A stretch of DNA of 64,000 nt. It comes from Eledone cirrhosa (taxonomy: Eukaryota). The notes below the pieces were generated by a model. The model had not been told where the DNA came from. It saw only the letters and a program-made list of their open reading frames with translations, and did not search any database. The stretch lies in the NCBI GenBank assembly GCA_964016885.1, contig OZ024747.1:80228001-80292000 (forward strand). Direction: 5' to 3'. Below, in pieces: positions 39,078 to 52,324 of this stretch. Within the stretch, counting starts at the first letter, position 1. Each line of letters begins with the position of its first letter. The translations under genes were made by a program, and so were the position numbers.

Positions 39078-42000
39078 ATGGCTATGCTAAGAGTAGGCTG
39101 TTTAAATGCGCGTGGCCTGGGCTCAACTTGGAAGCAAGCAATGCTTCTAAATGACCTCAGGTCACAACGTATAGATGTGATGGTTATTTGCGAGGCCCGG
39201 ATCAGCAACGTGCGACAGCTGGCCCCCACCTTTGATGACTTTGAGATGCACGCATCTCTCTGTCAGCCCGGAGGTGGGGGTGGAGTTGTCGTTCTGCTGC
39301 AAAAACATCTGGGTCTCGCAACACAGATGGTACATTTGGACCCGGAGGGTCGACTAGTGGTTCTGGACCTTGGCAGTGGTAAAGGCGGAGCGTTTAGGTT
39401 GGTAGCCGCCTACGGCCCTTTCGGGTCAATGCGGCCGGACTTCTTCCATCGTCTGGAGACTTTTCTAGGGACGTCCCGCTCCTTGCTATTAGTGGGGGAC
39501 TGGAATGGTATCCTAGATGCACGCTGGGACTACGTAGGGGCCTGCCCCGATAGAGAGGTGTGTAATAGCCTCAAAGGGTTAATCGGTCGATTTGACCTGG
39601 CCGATAGATATCGACTAGATTTTCCGACTGCGCCAACCTGGACTTGGGCAAATCGTAGCGGATCATCTAGGTCGTACCTAGATAGGTTCTTAGTTAGAAT
39701 TAAGGATAAGGACTTTTTAAGTTGTCCAAAAATGCGCATGGTTGGCTATTCAGACCACAAATTAGTGACCTGCATGGTCAACCTTGACAGAACTCATAGA
39801 CAGGGACCCGGTTACTGGAAGCTCAACTTGTCCTTGCCGGCAAGTAGAGCCTACAGGAATCGGATTAGTACGTTAGTTAAGGAACGGTTGACTGGAGCGA
39901 TCGTCAACAGCAGGTGGTGGGTATCTCTAAAGAGAGAGATTAGAGTAGTCTCGATAGAATTTAGTAAGGTTCTAGCTGCGGATAGGAATAGGAAGGAAAG
40001 GGAACTAATAGATAGAGTAGAAGAGGCAATTAGAAGCGGCGACGTGGCCAGAGTGCTAGCGTCGAGAACGGCTTTGAGCCAGTTTTTTGACGCGAAGCAC
40101 GAAGGCTGCGTTGTCCGAAGTAAAATACGTGCTCTAGGGAACGAGGGGACCAAAGCTGTTAGCTGGGCCCGCGTGACAGAGGCCAACAGTGGAACTAAAT
40201 CCACCATCCGGTCTTTGCGAGACCTGGATGGACGGGCGATTCTTGAGCCTAAGCAGATGTGTGAGGCCTTTCAAAGGCACTTTGCCCGACTGTTCGGGAG
40301 GGGCGGGGAGCCGGTTGGGAACGTGGACTTCGGTCCATACCTCGACGGCCTGCCGCGCCTCTCGGACAGGGAGGCGAAGTCCTGCGAGGAGCCGATTTCG
40401 GCCGCTGAGATAGAGGACGTGCTGAGCCAATGCGGCAAACGCAAATCCCCGGGTCTCGATGGTCTTCCTTACGAATTATATCTAGCTATGCCGGACTTGT
40501 TCCCCGATCTCCTCGAGGCGGTCTACTGCAACTGGCAACAGAACGGGAGAATTCCCTGTACTGTGACCAAGGGCGTAGTCACGCTAGTGAGGAAGGACGA
40601 GAACAAGGGGGACGAAATAAGTAACTTCAGGCCCATAACTCTGCTAAATACAGAGTTACAGATTTTGGCCAAGGTGCTAGCAAAGAGGTTGGCGCTTGTC
40701 GTGGGCAACCTGGTGGGAGATGCGCAGACATGCGCTATCCCGTCCAGGTCCATCCATGACAACCTCCACCTCATGCGATACATCATAGAGAGGGTTGGGA
40801 ACGAACCCGGCTTTGGTGGGGCTCTGATCAACTTGGATCAATCTAAGGCGTTCGATAGGGTCGACCATGGTTACCTGGATGCGGTGCTAGCGGCGGCAGG
40901 CTTCGGACCCGTTTTCAGGGGCTGGATCACTGCTATGCACAGCAGCCGCATCTGCTCTAGGGTCAAGGTGAACGGCTACCTCTCGGAGCCGTTCAAAATC
41001 GCGCGGTCCATCCGACAAGGGTGCCCTCTCTCCTCCCTTCTGTATGTGTTGACTCTCGAGCCACTACTGCGGAAGTTGGAGTTGTTGCAGGGCATCCCTT
41101 TGGAACCGGGATTGCGGAAAGCGGTGTCGGCCTACGCCGATGACGTGACAGTAATGGTGTCGACGGCCTCCGAAATCGAGGCGGTCGGCACTTTACTGGA
41201 GGAGTACGAAAAGTTCACAGGGGCTAAGCTGAACCGGGACAAGTCGATCGGTTTGCAACTCGGCACGTGGAGGGGCAGACCGATGCCCTCCGATGGCGTC
41301 GTCGGACGCTGGACGGAGGGCCCGGTGAAGTTGCTCGGGGTCTGGTTCGGACCGGACCTCCAGGTGGAGAAAAACTGGGCGGAGGTTACGAACAGGGTGT
41401 TTGCACTGACCCAGAAGTGGGCCAGTTGCAAACTATCCCTGAAAGGTCAGGCGGAGGTGGCGAACACCTACATAGCGTCCGTCATCTACTACCGCCTGAC
41501 CGTAGTGCCCTGCCCAAGGGAAACCCTCACCAAGATGGAGCGCGCGCTCTTCCAATTCCTTTGGAAGAGGCGCGCTCCTATGGTGAGGAGATCCATCTGC
41601 TGTCAACACCCTTCGAAAGGAGGGCTGGGGATGCCGTGGCTAATGATGCGTAAACACGCATTAAGGCTACGGCACCTCTACGTATTCCTCACCGGACAAC
41701 CGGTGTGGGCCTCGTTTGTGAGACGAACCTTTCCCAGACTCGTCTCACTCACCAAGCTGCAATCCTGGGTCAAGCAAAGACCGAGAAAACTGGGCGCCTG
41801 GCACACTGAGTGTGCCCAGGCGCTCACCGCCCTCTGGCAGGCGGATCCGGTTATCAGTGGAGACTCCACCGCAACATTCTATAGAGGGCTGGTACGCAGC
41901 AGGTGCGACGACGCCCTCGGAGAAGCCCTAGACATGGAGGAGGACGAACTGGCCAGCCTGTTCAGTAGGACATTCAGCCCGGGACCTATGGACAACTTCC

Positions 42001-42515
42001 AGAAGTCCCTGGCCTGGCAGTGCTACCGAGGGGCTTTACCCGTTCGAGAAAGGCTCTACAGACGCGGGCGCCGGGGTAGGGACCCCGCCAAAAAGATCTG
42101 TCCCAGATGCGTGTGCGACGAGGAAACCGTTGCACACGCATTGGTACACTGCTCGGGCGTAGCCGATCTGTGGGGCTATGTCGAACAACTGCTGTCAATG
42201 GTGGGACCGATCCGGTTGACCACCGAGTCTATTGTAATGATCAAGCCGCCTCCCCCCTTCAAAGATGAAGCAGAGGCGGTGTTTCTGTGCGTAATAGCCA
42301 TGGCGAAAGAGGTTGTATGGTGGACGCGTCTGAAAGGACTGAGGTCAGGCACCTTTCTCTCTGGCCAACAACTGGTCCGTTTCTTCCGTTATCATTTCGG
42401 AAGAAGGATCAGGATGGAGAGAGAGGTGCTGCACCCCAGCCGTTTTTATGAAAGATGGGTGAAAGTGGCGAGAATGGCCCGTGTGAATGGGCCTTCACTC
42501 TACATCAGACTATAG
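39078..42515 (+). CDS. Tx1/L1-clade ORF2: AP endonuclease, reverse transcriptase and C-terminal zinc finger
   Basis: APE: LNARGL, GDWN, YLDRF, SDHKLV. RT: KSPGLDGL, NFRPITLLN, DQSKAFDRVDH, RQGCPLS, YADD. Zinc finger: CPRC...HALVHC. Frame is uninterrupted; first ATG at 39078. Confidence 0.95.
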   Translation: MAMLRVGCLNARGLGSTWKQAMLLNDLRSQRIDVMVICEARISNVRQLAPTFDDFEMHASLCQPGGGGGVVVLLQKHLGLATQMVHLDPEGRLVVLDLGSGKGGAFRLVAAYGPFGSMRPDFFHRLETFLGTSRSLLLVGDWNGILDARWDYVGACPDREVCNSLKGLIGRFDLADRYRLDFPTAPTWTWANRSGSSRSYLDRFLVRIKDKDFLSCPKMRMVGYSDHKLVTCMVNLDRTHRQGPGYWKLNLSLPASRAYRNRISTLVKERLTGAIVNSRWWVSLKREIRVVSIEFSKVLAADRNRKERELIDRVEEAIRSGDVARVLASRTALSQFFDAKHEGCVVRSKIRALGNEGTKAVSWARVTEANSGTKSTIRSLRDLDGRAILEPKQMCEAFQRHFARLFGRGGEPVGNVDFGPYLDGLPRLSDREAKSCEEPISAAEIEDVLSQCGKRKSPGLDGLPYELYLAMPDLFPDLLEAVYCNWQQNGRIPCTVTKGVVTLVRKDENKGDEISNFRPITLLNTELQILAKVLAKRLALVVGNLVGDAQTCAIPSRSIHDNLHLMRYIIERVGNEPGFGGALINLDQSKAFDRVDHGYLDAVLAAAGFGPVFRGWITAMHSSRICSRVKVNGYLSEPFKIARSIRQGCPLSSLLYVLTLEPLLRKLELLQGIPLEPGLRKAVSAYADDVTVMVSTASEIEAVGTLLEEYEKFTGAKLNRDKSIGLQLGTWRGRPMPSDGVVGRWTEGPVKLLGVWFGPDLQVEKNWAEVTNRVFALTQKWASCKLSLKGQAEVANTYIASVIYYRLTVVPCPRETLTKMERALFQFLWKRRAPMVRRSICCQHPSKGGLGMPWLMMRKHALRLRHLYVFLTGQPVWASFVRRTFPRLVSLTKLQSWVKQRPRKLGAWHTECAQALTALWQADPVISGDSTATFYRGLVRSRCDDALGEALDMEEDELASLFSRTFSPGPMDNFQKSLAWQCYRGALPVRERLYRRGRRGRDPAKKICPRCVCDEETVAHALVHCSGVADLWGYVEQLLSMVGPIRLTTESIVMIKPPPPFKDEAEAVFLCVIAMAKEVVWWTRLKGLRSGTFLSGQQLVRFFRYHFGRRIRMEREVLHPSRFYERWVKVARMARVNGPSLYIRL

Positions 42516-43070
42516 GTGAGGAAGATGAAAGACCAAGGGAACACCCCTTCTCTGTGCTCCTGAGGAGAAGGGTTGCACACTTTTTTCGGGGGTGTGTGCG
42601 ACCCCCCAAGGCGCCTCCTCTCTATTGAGGACTTTGTTATAAATTTTATTTTTTGTTATATTTTATTTTATTTTTATATATTGTTATTGCCTCCTCCCTA
42701 TTGAGGACGCCTTGTTTTGTAAACTCCCCCCATTGTACTTGTCCCACTTTTGATGCCCTGGTGGCAAATAAAGAAACATATCTATCTATCTATCTATCTA
42801 TCTAACTATCTATCTATCTATATATCTATCTCAAAACACACACACTCAAATATACACACAATATTCTTCATAATTTGTAAGAATAAGGTGTAAAGATACA
42901 AAATTATACAAAATATTGTACGGAATACTTCAGGAGGTGGAGATTGTTATGTTCTTTATTTGTTGATTAGTCCACTGACGTTTCAATAGATTCACCGAGA
43001 ATCGAAACAGGATTCATTCTGTACATTAGCCAGCAATTAAAGGATATGTGAAAAATACGGACTGAGAGTG

Positions 43071-43182
<112 letters not shown>

Positions 43183-43256
43183 TAATAATAAAAGCGAAGA
43201 CTAAAATCGGAAGAAGGCTCGATAAGATCCCATTAAAGGTGAAAGCAATATACTTC

Positions 43257-43287
<31 letters not shown>

Positions 43288-43290
<3 letters not shown>

Positions 43291-43293
43291 TTC

Positions 43294-43340
<47 letters not shown>

Positions 43341-43405
43341 AAATGATGGAGCCTGTTAGTGACACTACATCACATACTCTGTGTATCATGCATATATATA
43401 TATTT

Positions 43406-43497
<92 letters not shown>

Positions 43498-43572
43498 GTG
43501 TGTAAATATATATATATATATGCATGCTACACAGAGTATGCGATGTAGTGTCACTAACAGGCTCCATCATTT

Positions 43573-43620
<48 letters not shown>

Positions 43621-43630
43621 AATGAAGTAT
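43288..43630. repeat. Inverted repeat embedded in (TA)n
   Basis: caaaatgatggagcctgttagtgacactacatc is mirrored at ~43540-43575. Confidence 0.85.
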
Positions 43631-43658
43631 TTCCGTCAGAAAGGTACAGGAAAAAAGA

Positions 43659-44059
43659 GTGCTCTATGTAGGCTACAGAGCTTATTAGTTATGTAATAAA
43701 CAACATAAGATAATTATTTCATTTACCAGTGGTTTCTTGAAGACAGATGTTGTGTCTGTCTTCAGTTGTCAGAATGAATAAAAAACATGGCGTATTTATT
43801 AAGTATTTATATTTTTATATATATATTTTTTATTTTCTTCCCCTATTTCCTTTTCGCCCGTTTTTTTCAGTCTCACTTTCATATTTCCTAAATTTTGTTT
43901 TCAAATCCATATTTAATAAATACACCATGTTTTTTTTTATTCATTCTGACGACTGAAGACAGACACAACATCTGTCTTCAAGAAACCACTGGTAAATGAA
44001 ATAATTATCTTATGTTGTTTATTACATAACAAATAAGCTTTGTAGCCTACATAGAGCAC
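43659..44059. mobile_element. Fold-back element with hammerheads (arms 43659-43802 and 43913-44059)
   Basis: ~145-bp inverted arms with a few mismatches. Confidence 0.8.
43940..44000 (+). ncRNA. Type I hammerhead ribozyme
   Basis: UUCAUU CUGACGA cUGAAGACAGA(cacaaca)UCUGUCUUCAa GAA ACCAcUGGU A^AAUGAA. The mirror copy at 43718-43778 has the core mutated to CUGACAA. Confidence 0.8.
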
Positions 44060-44114
44060 GGAGTATATTTAGAATAAGAAAATGCGAAGTAGTTTTATAT
44101 GTTAAAGTCCTTTA

Positions 44115-44202
<88 letters not shown>

Positions 44203-44265
44203 AGGCTTCTACAGGACTAGAACTGTTTCATTCGGGAGAAATTATCATTATATTTATACTCTATA

Positions 44266-44455
44266 CGGCGGTGGATTGGCAGTATTGGTAGAGTGTCGGA
44301 TGCCATGCTTTAGCGCATAGAGTTACGGCCCTTGCCATTCTGAGTTCAAATCCCGCCGAGGTTAACTTTGCCTTTCATCCTTACAGGGTCGATAAAATAA
44401 AGTACCAGTAATACACTGGGTAATTGCTGGCCTTGTGCCTAACGTAGAAACAATT
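44266..44455 (+). mobile_element. tRNA-derived SINE, family A
   Basis: Homolog of 33880-34077. Confidence 0.8.
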
Positions 44456-44523
44456 ATATTTATACTCTGCTTTGTATTGAGTATCTTACTGTGATTATCC
44501 CCCGATTGAACCTGTGATAAACT

Positions 44524-44573
<50 letters not shown>

Positions 44574-45599
44574 AATATATATATATGAGTGTGTGTGTGT
44601 ATGTGTGTGTATTACTATTGTAGATGCACTGATTACCTTTATTCTGTTCGTGTAAACTCCTATTATTTATCATGTGCGTGTGTTCTGACGCGGAGAGGGG
44701 AAGGACTCAGGCAGGTATTCAATGTCATAGACATATGTGTATGAAAAAGATTCATTTATTTTCTTTGAAAACTTACTGCGACTCACTGTCATATATTATT
44801 GAAAAATATGTGTTTTAAATTTCTAGAAATGTTCTATTTAAAGAATACAGCCGAAACTTAACTATGAAACCTACCTGCCAAACTTGACCTGGTGGCTAAT
44901 GTTCAGTAATTTCTCAATCCCCTATGAAAAAGCAACACTACTTTTTCGGAAATAGAGAAATTAGACAGGAATAGAATTATAGACTGAAGCATATTAATCA
45001 AATGTTTTCTAGACTACAATAGTTTATTAATATTAGTTTCTTTTTATGTTGTTTGTCTTTTCTTGTTATTCTGTTTATTGTTTACCGATTGGTTTTAAGA
45101 ATTATTCAGGCTGAAAGCAACAAAGAAATACTATGCCTGTTCCATAATTATTTCAGTTGTATATATCGGTAATCAATGAACGTCAGACAATCTATTGAGG
45201 TGTGCAAAATCCTTGGGGAGTTCAAGTCAGAGGAGACAAAATTCCTCATTTCTCTTGTTTTAACAGCTTTCACTTCGCACCCACAACCGGTCTAAATAAA
45301 TTATCTGTTGCATATTTTTGACTACACTTTTCTTTATATAAGATGTATATCATTGTTTTCTGTATTTGTTTCTTGAAGTTGTCATTATTATTGTTGTTAT
45401 TATCACTGACGCAATATTGCATGTGTCTATAGCATCAACCATTTCAGCTCTGTGTGCCTGAAGTGTTTACAGATTTTCTTATACTCAGTATCTTGTCTTC
45501 GTGTATTTATTTGTGTTTGTGTTTCTATTCGTAGTCAGTCCAAGCTATGTTTACGTTCTTTATTCTATTCCATCTTTCTTCAGTTATTGCTACATTTAT

Positions 45600-45792
45600 C
45601 AGACGTAGGTTCTTACAGTCTTAACTGACTATTCCGGCAAGCCATTTCTGCATCTGGTTAGATATAATTCTTTTCTGGATGCGCATTTATCTTGCACGAG
45701 ATTGTTGATGTGAAGCTTTTATATATTGTTGATAGACAGGCAATAGCTTTGTAATTCGGAGAGAGAGAGAGAGAGAAAGGGAGAGTGTGTGT

Positions 45793-45857
<65 letters not shown>

Positions 45858-46000
45858 TCTCGTATTTAACTATTACGTTTCTACCTGTGTCAACCAATAT
45901 TGCATTATGTATATTTCTCTGATAACAGTATTGAAGAGGTTTATAAATGTTTCATACATTTGTCAAATATTTTATCCAGAAGTTTTCCAGCTGAAGTCTG
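45600..46000 (-). pseudogene. Degraded non-LTR RT remnant interrupted by (GA)n
   Basis: PNYKAIACLSTIYKSFTSTIS resembles the RT motif NYRPIxCLxxxYK. Confidence 0.55.
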
Positions 46001-47429
46001 ACTTAAGGGATACAATAGATTCCGCATGTGTTATGTATTCCAAGCTTTATTCTTGTATATTTTTTGTGTTTACATATATTTTTCTGTTCAGAGCGTTCTC
46101 CTATGAACAATATTTATTACAGCAAATTGAGTGTTACTACTTTCCCCATTTCTCAAGGAGCTATTACTGCTTTCGAAAAATAAATCGATATAGAATATGC
46201 TTTCTCCCATACAATTGATAACTCTCCATTCCAATTACTGTTGAAACTGACGAGTTAGACACTCCTCTAAATACAACATTATAACAAAGAGGACCTCATA
46301 TTATTTCTTTCTCTCTCGAACCCTTTCTAAAAGTGAATTGTTACAATCTTCAATTGAAAACAAGGTTGCCACAGTAGTTGTCGAGTACTTATAATAATGG
46401 TGACATTACTTCCTCTAGTGACAATGTACTCTCATTACAGACAAATAAATCGTTCGATTTATGTTTTATAGATGTCATCATCATCATCATCATCATCATC
46501 ATCACCCCCTCCCCCATCATCATCATCACCATCATTTTACGTCCATTTTCCCACGCGCAATTAAAATGGGATTATATTATCACGCTGATCGGTTGAATTT
46601 TCTTCGTATAGTTTCGACATCTATTAATGTGTAAGATATATGTGCGTAGCTGTCTTGTATTCAATGTGCTGTTCTGCTTAACCAGACTACGAATTTCTTT
46701 AATGTATTCACCACAAATAGTGTTACACAGGTGTGAGAAGATTATTGCATTATACAAAGACAAAACAACCTTCATCTTTTGCTAAGTATGTTCTTAAAAT
46801 CAGTTATCCCAGCCTAATATGCTGTGATCTAAAATCTAAATTGCAGCTATACTCGTTAGAGTCCACATATTGGCCATCTCAATCTTGAGATCTTGATACT
46901 TTTTAATATTTTTTATTATTTCCAGATATTACGAAGTTCATGGTTTATATAACTATTTTCTTTCCTATCCAGTACGAAAATATCTGATCTTCTAGATATC
47001 TATATATTCGTATCAGATGATAAAAATTCGGAGAATTTTAATGTTTTCACCCAATTATACAAATGGGTTGTTGTTCGAAATATTTTCCTAACATACTTTA
47101 CTATTCTTAGAGATTAATATGAATGTTATGTTGGATAGTCGTCTGCATCCCACTCTTATTGGTATATAATATCTAGCAATATTATTTCATATGATAGAAC
47201 TGGGGGCGTCTATCATTAAAACACACAAGATACTTCCTACAAGATACTTCCTACTCGCTGGAGACCAACTAAACCAGCATTGCTGTGAGCTGTAAATCCC
47301 ATTCATTTTTCAATATTATTTCATACTTCACTGTGAATTGTTGAAAACTTTCTGGTGCGTCTATCCAGTTCATCAAGCTCCTTATTCATCTACTAAATGA
47401 TGTTTCTACTTGTTTCTACTTGTTTCTAC

Positions 47430-47598
47430 TTTTGGCACGAGGCCAGCAATTATCCCAGTATAATACTGGTACTTTATTTTATTGACCCCGTAAGGATGAA
47501 AGGCAAAGTTAACCTCGGTGGGATTTGAACCCAAATCGTAAAGCGGCGAAACTCTATGTTGCAAAGCATGGCGTCCGACCCTCTACCGATACTGCCAA
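47430..47598 (-). mobile_element. tRNA-derived SINE, family A
   Basis: Reverse-complement homolog of 44266-44455. Confidence 0.78.
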
Positions 47599-47959
47599 AG
47601 ATGACTGTGGAATATATATGTATTGACATTACGTATTGTGTTGATCTTATTCATGAGATTCCTTCTGTCTAGTCTCGGTCTAAGATCTTTCTGAATCCTC
47701 GTATATTCTTTTCCAGTCTTAAGTTCTCATGTCTTTCTGATTCATTTCCTTATCCTTTCCTGGCCCAATTATATCAGGCGGCTGTTGTTCAAAGTATTCC
47801 CCCCCCCCCCGCTTTAAATGATTATACTTTCAACACAGTTACTAGTAGATAATCATACACTGCCATTTAGTCCTTACTGCATTCACTTATCAAACGTGGT
47901 ACAATTTTACTCTTCTCATCACACATACTAGAAACATGTGATTCTGTATTATTTTTATA

Positions 47960-48421
47960 TGAACTAGCAGAAAATCCACCCTCGGGTGGTTTTCTGCTGC
48001 TAGCATGTATATATGCATGTAGATATGATACATCAAATAAAATCTTAATTGACAATATACACAGAAATTGAACGAAGACTGCGTTACACTGTTTTATGTA
48101 ATCAGTAATGTAATCCATGATACATTAAAAAAAGACGATATTATATATAAACTGCATTAGGAGAAAATTAGTGACGGAAATATATGAATGTTTATTTAAA
48201 CGATCGCTAACCGGAAGTGTTGACATTTGAAAATTTTAAAGAAATGAATCTTAAAATAAGCGAGAAAATTATTTATATTTAATCAAGAATAACGAAATTT
48301 AGTTGATAAATTATGTAATATTCATTCATTATTTATTCAAAGTAATCCAACTTATTTTACAAACGGGATAAAAAATATATATTCTGGACACAGTCCTGCA
48401 CCCCTTACTTTATTATAGTTT
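47960..48421 (-). mobile_element. Dispersed non-coding repeat (homolog of 13567-14050)
   Basis: Co-linear reverse-complement match. Confidence 0.7.
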
Positions 48422-49691
48422 ACATGTTTATGTTTTTTGCTCTAAAGCACTCTTTCTACCCAGCAAACTACCCAGTCTGACTATGATTTTACCACAGCAT
48501 CCTTTGCCTTCCTAAAATAATTGCTTATTTTTCTTAGTTTCTGGGTACCTTATATTTCTATGACATAAACCCTTGAATTCATCAATGCCATAAATCCTTC
48601 CTTACTTCTATATATAATGGGTTTACATTACTTTTTTTTTATGTATTGTGCTATTTATTTTTCTCTCATTCTCTTTATATTTTTGGCAACCACTTAACCA
48701 TACGTAATTATTAATGAACAATCTTTAACACGAGATACATAAATTCTCAAATAAAAAGTTGCACATATAGTTATTGCTCTTGCTGCGGCGTTCAGTGTAA
48801 GTTAATGTTATCTTTTATTTTACTTTTAGATTCTTTCATCACACCACTAAAGCGATATGACCAATGCCTCATTTTTTTCCATTTGGCAAAGGTTTAACAC
48901 ATCAATTTAAAAAATTTTCCTCCGAAATATTCATTTGTAAATATTCCTTCAGGCTAGTTTCTTTACATTGTCTAACTCTATCATATCATGTATATAAAAC
49001 ATCTGTGTTTACGAACCGTATGACTTTATTATCTAACAACTGCATTCAACCCTGTTATTTCCATTAGCAATACTTTATACGGTTGCCTTCCCTAAATCTA
49101 TTTAGTTTACTCGAATGAGTGTATTTGATACTTCTTTGGAAATACATTGAAAGCATTCATATACGTTTATGTTGTTTGATTTTCCTTGCATGTAGCTCTT
49201 TTAACGTCGACAATATCAATGTTAACAGTATCTTACGGCTGTCCGTCTCCTAAAAGAAAGCCCAGAAAAATAAAACAAAAACGGACAAGCCATTGCTATC
49301 ACCCTGAAGAATTTCGCTATCCATCTTAATGTTTCGCAAATCTCCAAAATAATTGAATTTAGTTATGTCGGGCTGTATATACTGTACTCCCAGGCTTTTG
49401 ATATTTTATACTATAATTATTATTTCTAAGTATTCTATCATTCTCCTCAAAGGAATGCTTGCGTGTGGATCAACGCTGAAGCACCTCAGATCCAGTTCAG
49501 ATTTATTTTTAATTGGCCAATACGGTAGCAATAATTATAATGCGTTTTTCAAAATACTAATGTCTTCATTTATCTACTACGAATTACTCACTTCTGTATG
49601 ATCTTCAGCTTCCCTTGTTCTATGATGCTCATACCTTCTAAATATTCCTACATATCTCTCTGTCCGTCTTTGTATAGATATATACATATAT

Positions 49692-49764
<73 letters not shown>

Positions 49765-49773
49765 TTCATACAT

Positions 49774-49817
<44 letters not shown>

Positions 49818-52117
49818 ATATATGTATGTATATGTATATATATGTTTGTCTGCCCATCCATCTGTCTTTCCATCCATCTTCTAAACAATTGACACATTAA
49901 GGATAACAGAGTTAATTGCTTAAACTTCCTCTCAGTATCAGCTCTATTTCCAGCTCTATTCTGCATATTAATGCAGATGATGCAATGGATAGTAGGATAT
50001 GTTTTATATTCAATGTACAGAAAATATTCGCGAACATTAAAATTTATCTCAGAATCACAGCTTTCATGTATTAATCGATCTGTCTGTTGTCAACTACTTG
50101 ACTGTTCATGATCACAAACACTGATGAATGCTTGGTCAGCTTTATTACTTATTTTATGGGCTAGTCGGAGCATCATTATCCGCCTCATAATAATAATCAC
50201 CATCATCATCATCAGCAGCAGTAATAGCAGCAGCACAACTACAGGGCAGTGACCTACTTGAGACAGATGAGGTGCCGGACTTGATGCTTTCCGATACAAG
50301 TGATTAACAAGTTTGCCCCATAATACCGTGGTTCGAAGATCTATTCCACTGCGGGCCATTTTTGGGCCACTGTCTTCTGTTATAACCCCTGAGTCAAAGT
50401 AGACGGTAACTAGTTAATGAGTTGCTCTAAAGATTCTGACCAAGTCTACAGTCTAAAAATAAATAAGACATGATTCTCTCCATTTCTCCATACCAATTTT
50501 GCCTGATCTGTAAAACATCATGTGAATTTCTGCCTTCTCTTCCAATCTTCTTATCGAAGATACACCGCACCCATCCAGTGTTTCGCATAGAGCCTTGCCT
50601 GGGGTTTTAAGGTTCCAAGGTCGTTAAATGTGCATGAAATCTCAAGATTGGGGGAAAACTAGAATGTGCTACATAGCGTGTCCAGCTACAAGTAGCAGCC
50701 AAATCTCCACCAGATAACATCCTAACCACATTCGATAATGTTATTTTATGTATGCTACAGTTGAGAAAATAGACGAGGTATTTATGAATGGAACAGCTTT
50801 CATTAAAAGTTTGCTAAACCAACGTTTACCTGAGCATAGCAAATAGCATGATAAATAAAAGCTTTCAATCACTAACAAATTACTTAATTTACCCAAATAT
50901 ACAAAACAATAAAAAAGTAATATTTGAAACAATATAAAAAAACATGTTCAATTCTTATACACAATTTACCTTCCCACAGTTTGTGAGGTTAACTGTATTA
51001 TGCTAAATAATATTGAGTAAGGACATAATTCGTAACTTAGTTGTATAATTCTTACCAAAATGACGAAATAGAAATTTTACAACACGAAAACTTCAGATGA
51101 GGTGTTTGATTGTGATTTTCTCTGTTTGAGGTTAATCGACTTTCGTGATACTCTTACTTATTAATGATCGTACTTGTAGCAATTTCCTGTCAATGTCATT
51201 TGAATTATCTCAAATTCTGGCTTATTAAAAACGAGAGAAAAATAATTAAACTGGTGTAATATTTAAATGAACGTTGTTTAACCCCAACCGTTCATTTCAT
51301 TTTGCTGATAAATTATTGCAGAAATTACTGTATTGTAGACGAATACAAACCATGTAATACACGACTACTAACACTGAACAAATTGTTTTTCAATATTTGT
51401 TATAACAAATAATTGTGCAGTAATAATGTCAACTTTCGACGTCGTTCGATCATATCTCACGATATTAGTTTGTTCCCACTAAACACTGCATGTTACTTGC
51501 ATGATCACACCTCGCTTTGTATTTTTATCTTCAAAAATATGTGGGAAGATCTCTCATAAAGCATCAAGTTCATTACAACATCAAATATTTAAATTATTTA
51601 TATTACTTTTACAGGGGTAGAACAAAACTGCCTCGATTATTTTACAAAAGGAAATTTCAAGAAAAATCTAAAACATTATGTATCATAGAGAAGATAGGAT
51701 TATAGAGAAGATAGGAAGGGAATAAACTTTCATTTAAATATTATAAGCACATATTAAAAGAATTTGCAAATTTTCCTTCATTAAGTAAACTTTATAAATA
51801 TTTAAAATGTGCAAGACAAATATTTTCTATAGAAACTGATACATTTCATAATTCTTGACCTTCATTTCATGAAACCTCTCTATATGTCCGTTGTCTCGCT
51901 CACCCATATAAACCATCTGGAATCTGTGAATTATTTAACCCCATTTCAAACAGCCTTCCCTAGCTTCGTGAATATGGATTTAAAGGTTGTTTTATGAATT
52001 TATTTATTGTATTTATGAGTTAATTGATTGAAATCAATTATAAATTACAATATGTTTAATGTAATAGATAAAGGATTTTAAAATACGTTTCATTTGATAA
52101 CTCAACCATAAAATCTA

Positions 52118-52221
52118 CAGTGTCCCCCAAAAATGTATACACACTTCAACAGCATTCTAATAAATATTGTCTGTGCAGGTAATCAAAGTGTGTATACATT
52201 GGGGGGGGGGGGGGGGGGACA
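52118..52221. mobile_element. Tc1/mariner-like MITE remnant
   Basis: ta|cagtgtcccccaaaaatgtatacacactt ... aagtgtgtatacattggg...gac inverted ends. Confidence 0.55.
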
Positions 52222-52324
52222 ACAAAATATCTCGGCATCAAATCCAACTGAAGTAACTACCAAATTAATCAACTAATAAAGTAAAGCAAAGTAACCACCC
52301 GACTAAAAACAGAACCACGGGTTG

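Larger units (their letters stand above)
37500..42791 (+). mobile_element. Composite Tx1/L1-clade LINE insertion
   Basis: Order: 3' UTR copy (37507-37780), ORF1-end duplicate (37781-38030), main element (38031-42780). Flanked by the 38-bp direct repeat atctatctatctaactatctatctatctatatatctat (37462-37499 and 42792-42829). Confidence 0.92.

Noticed and set aside
37507-42780. LTR retrotransposon, because of direct terminal repeats
   Set aside because: The repeats are 3' UTR copies; ORF2 is APE-RT with no integrase or protease, and there are no TG...CA ends.
46900-49620. Scattered RT/REL-like peptides on the minus strand (ILQGDS near 49300; RRSDIFVLDRK near 46970)
   Set aside because: Too degraded to delimit or classify by eye.
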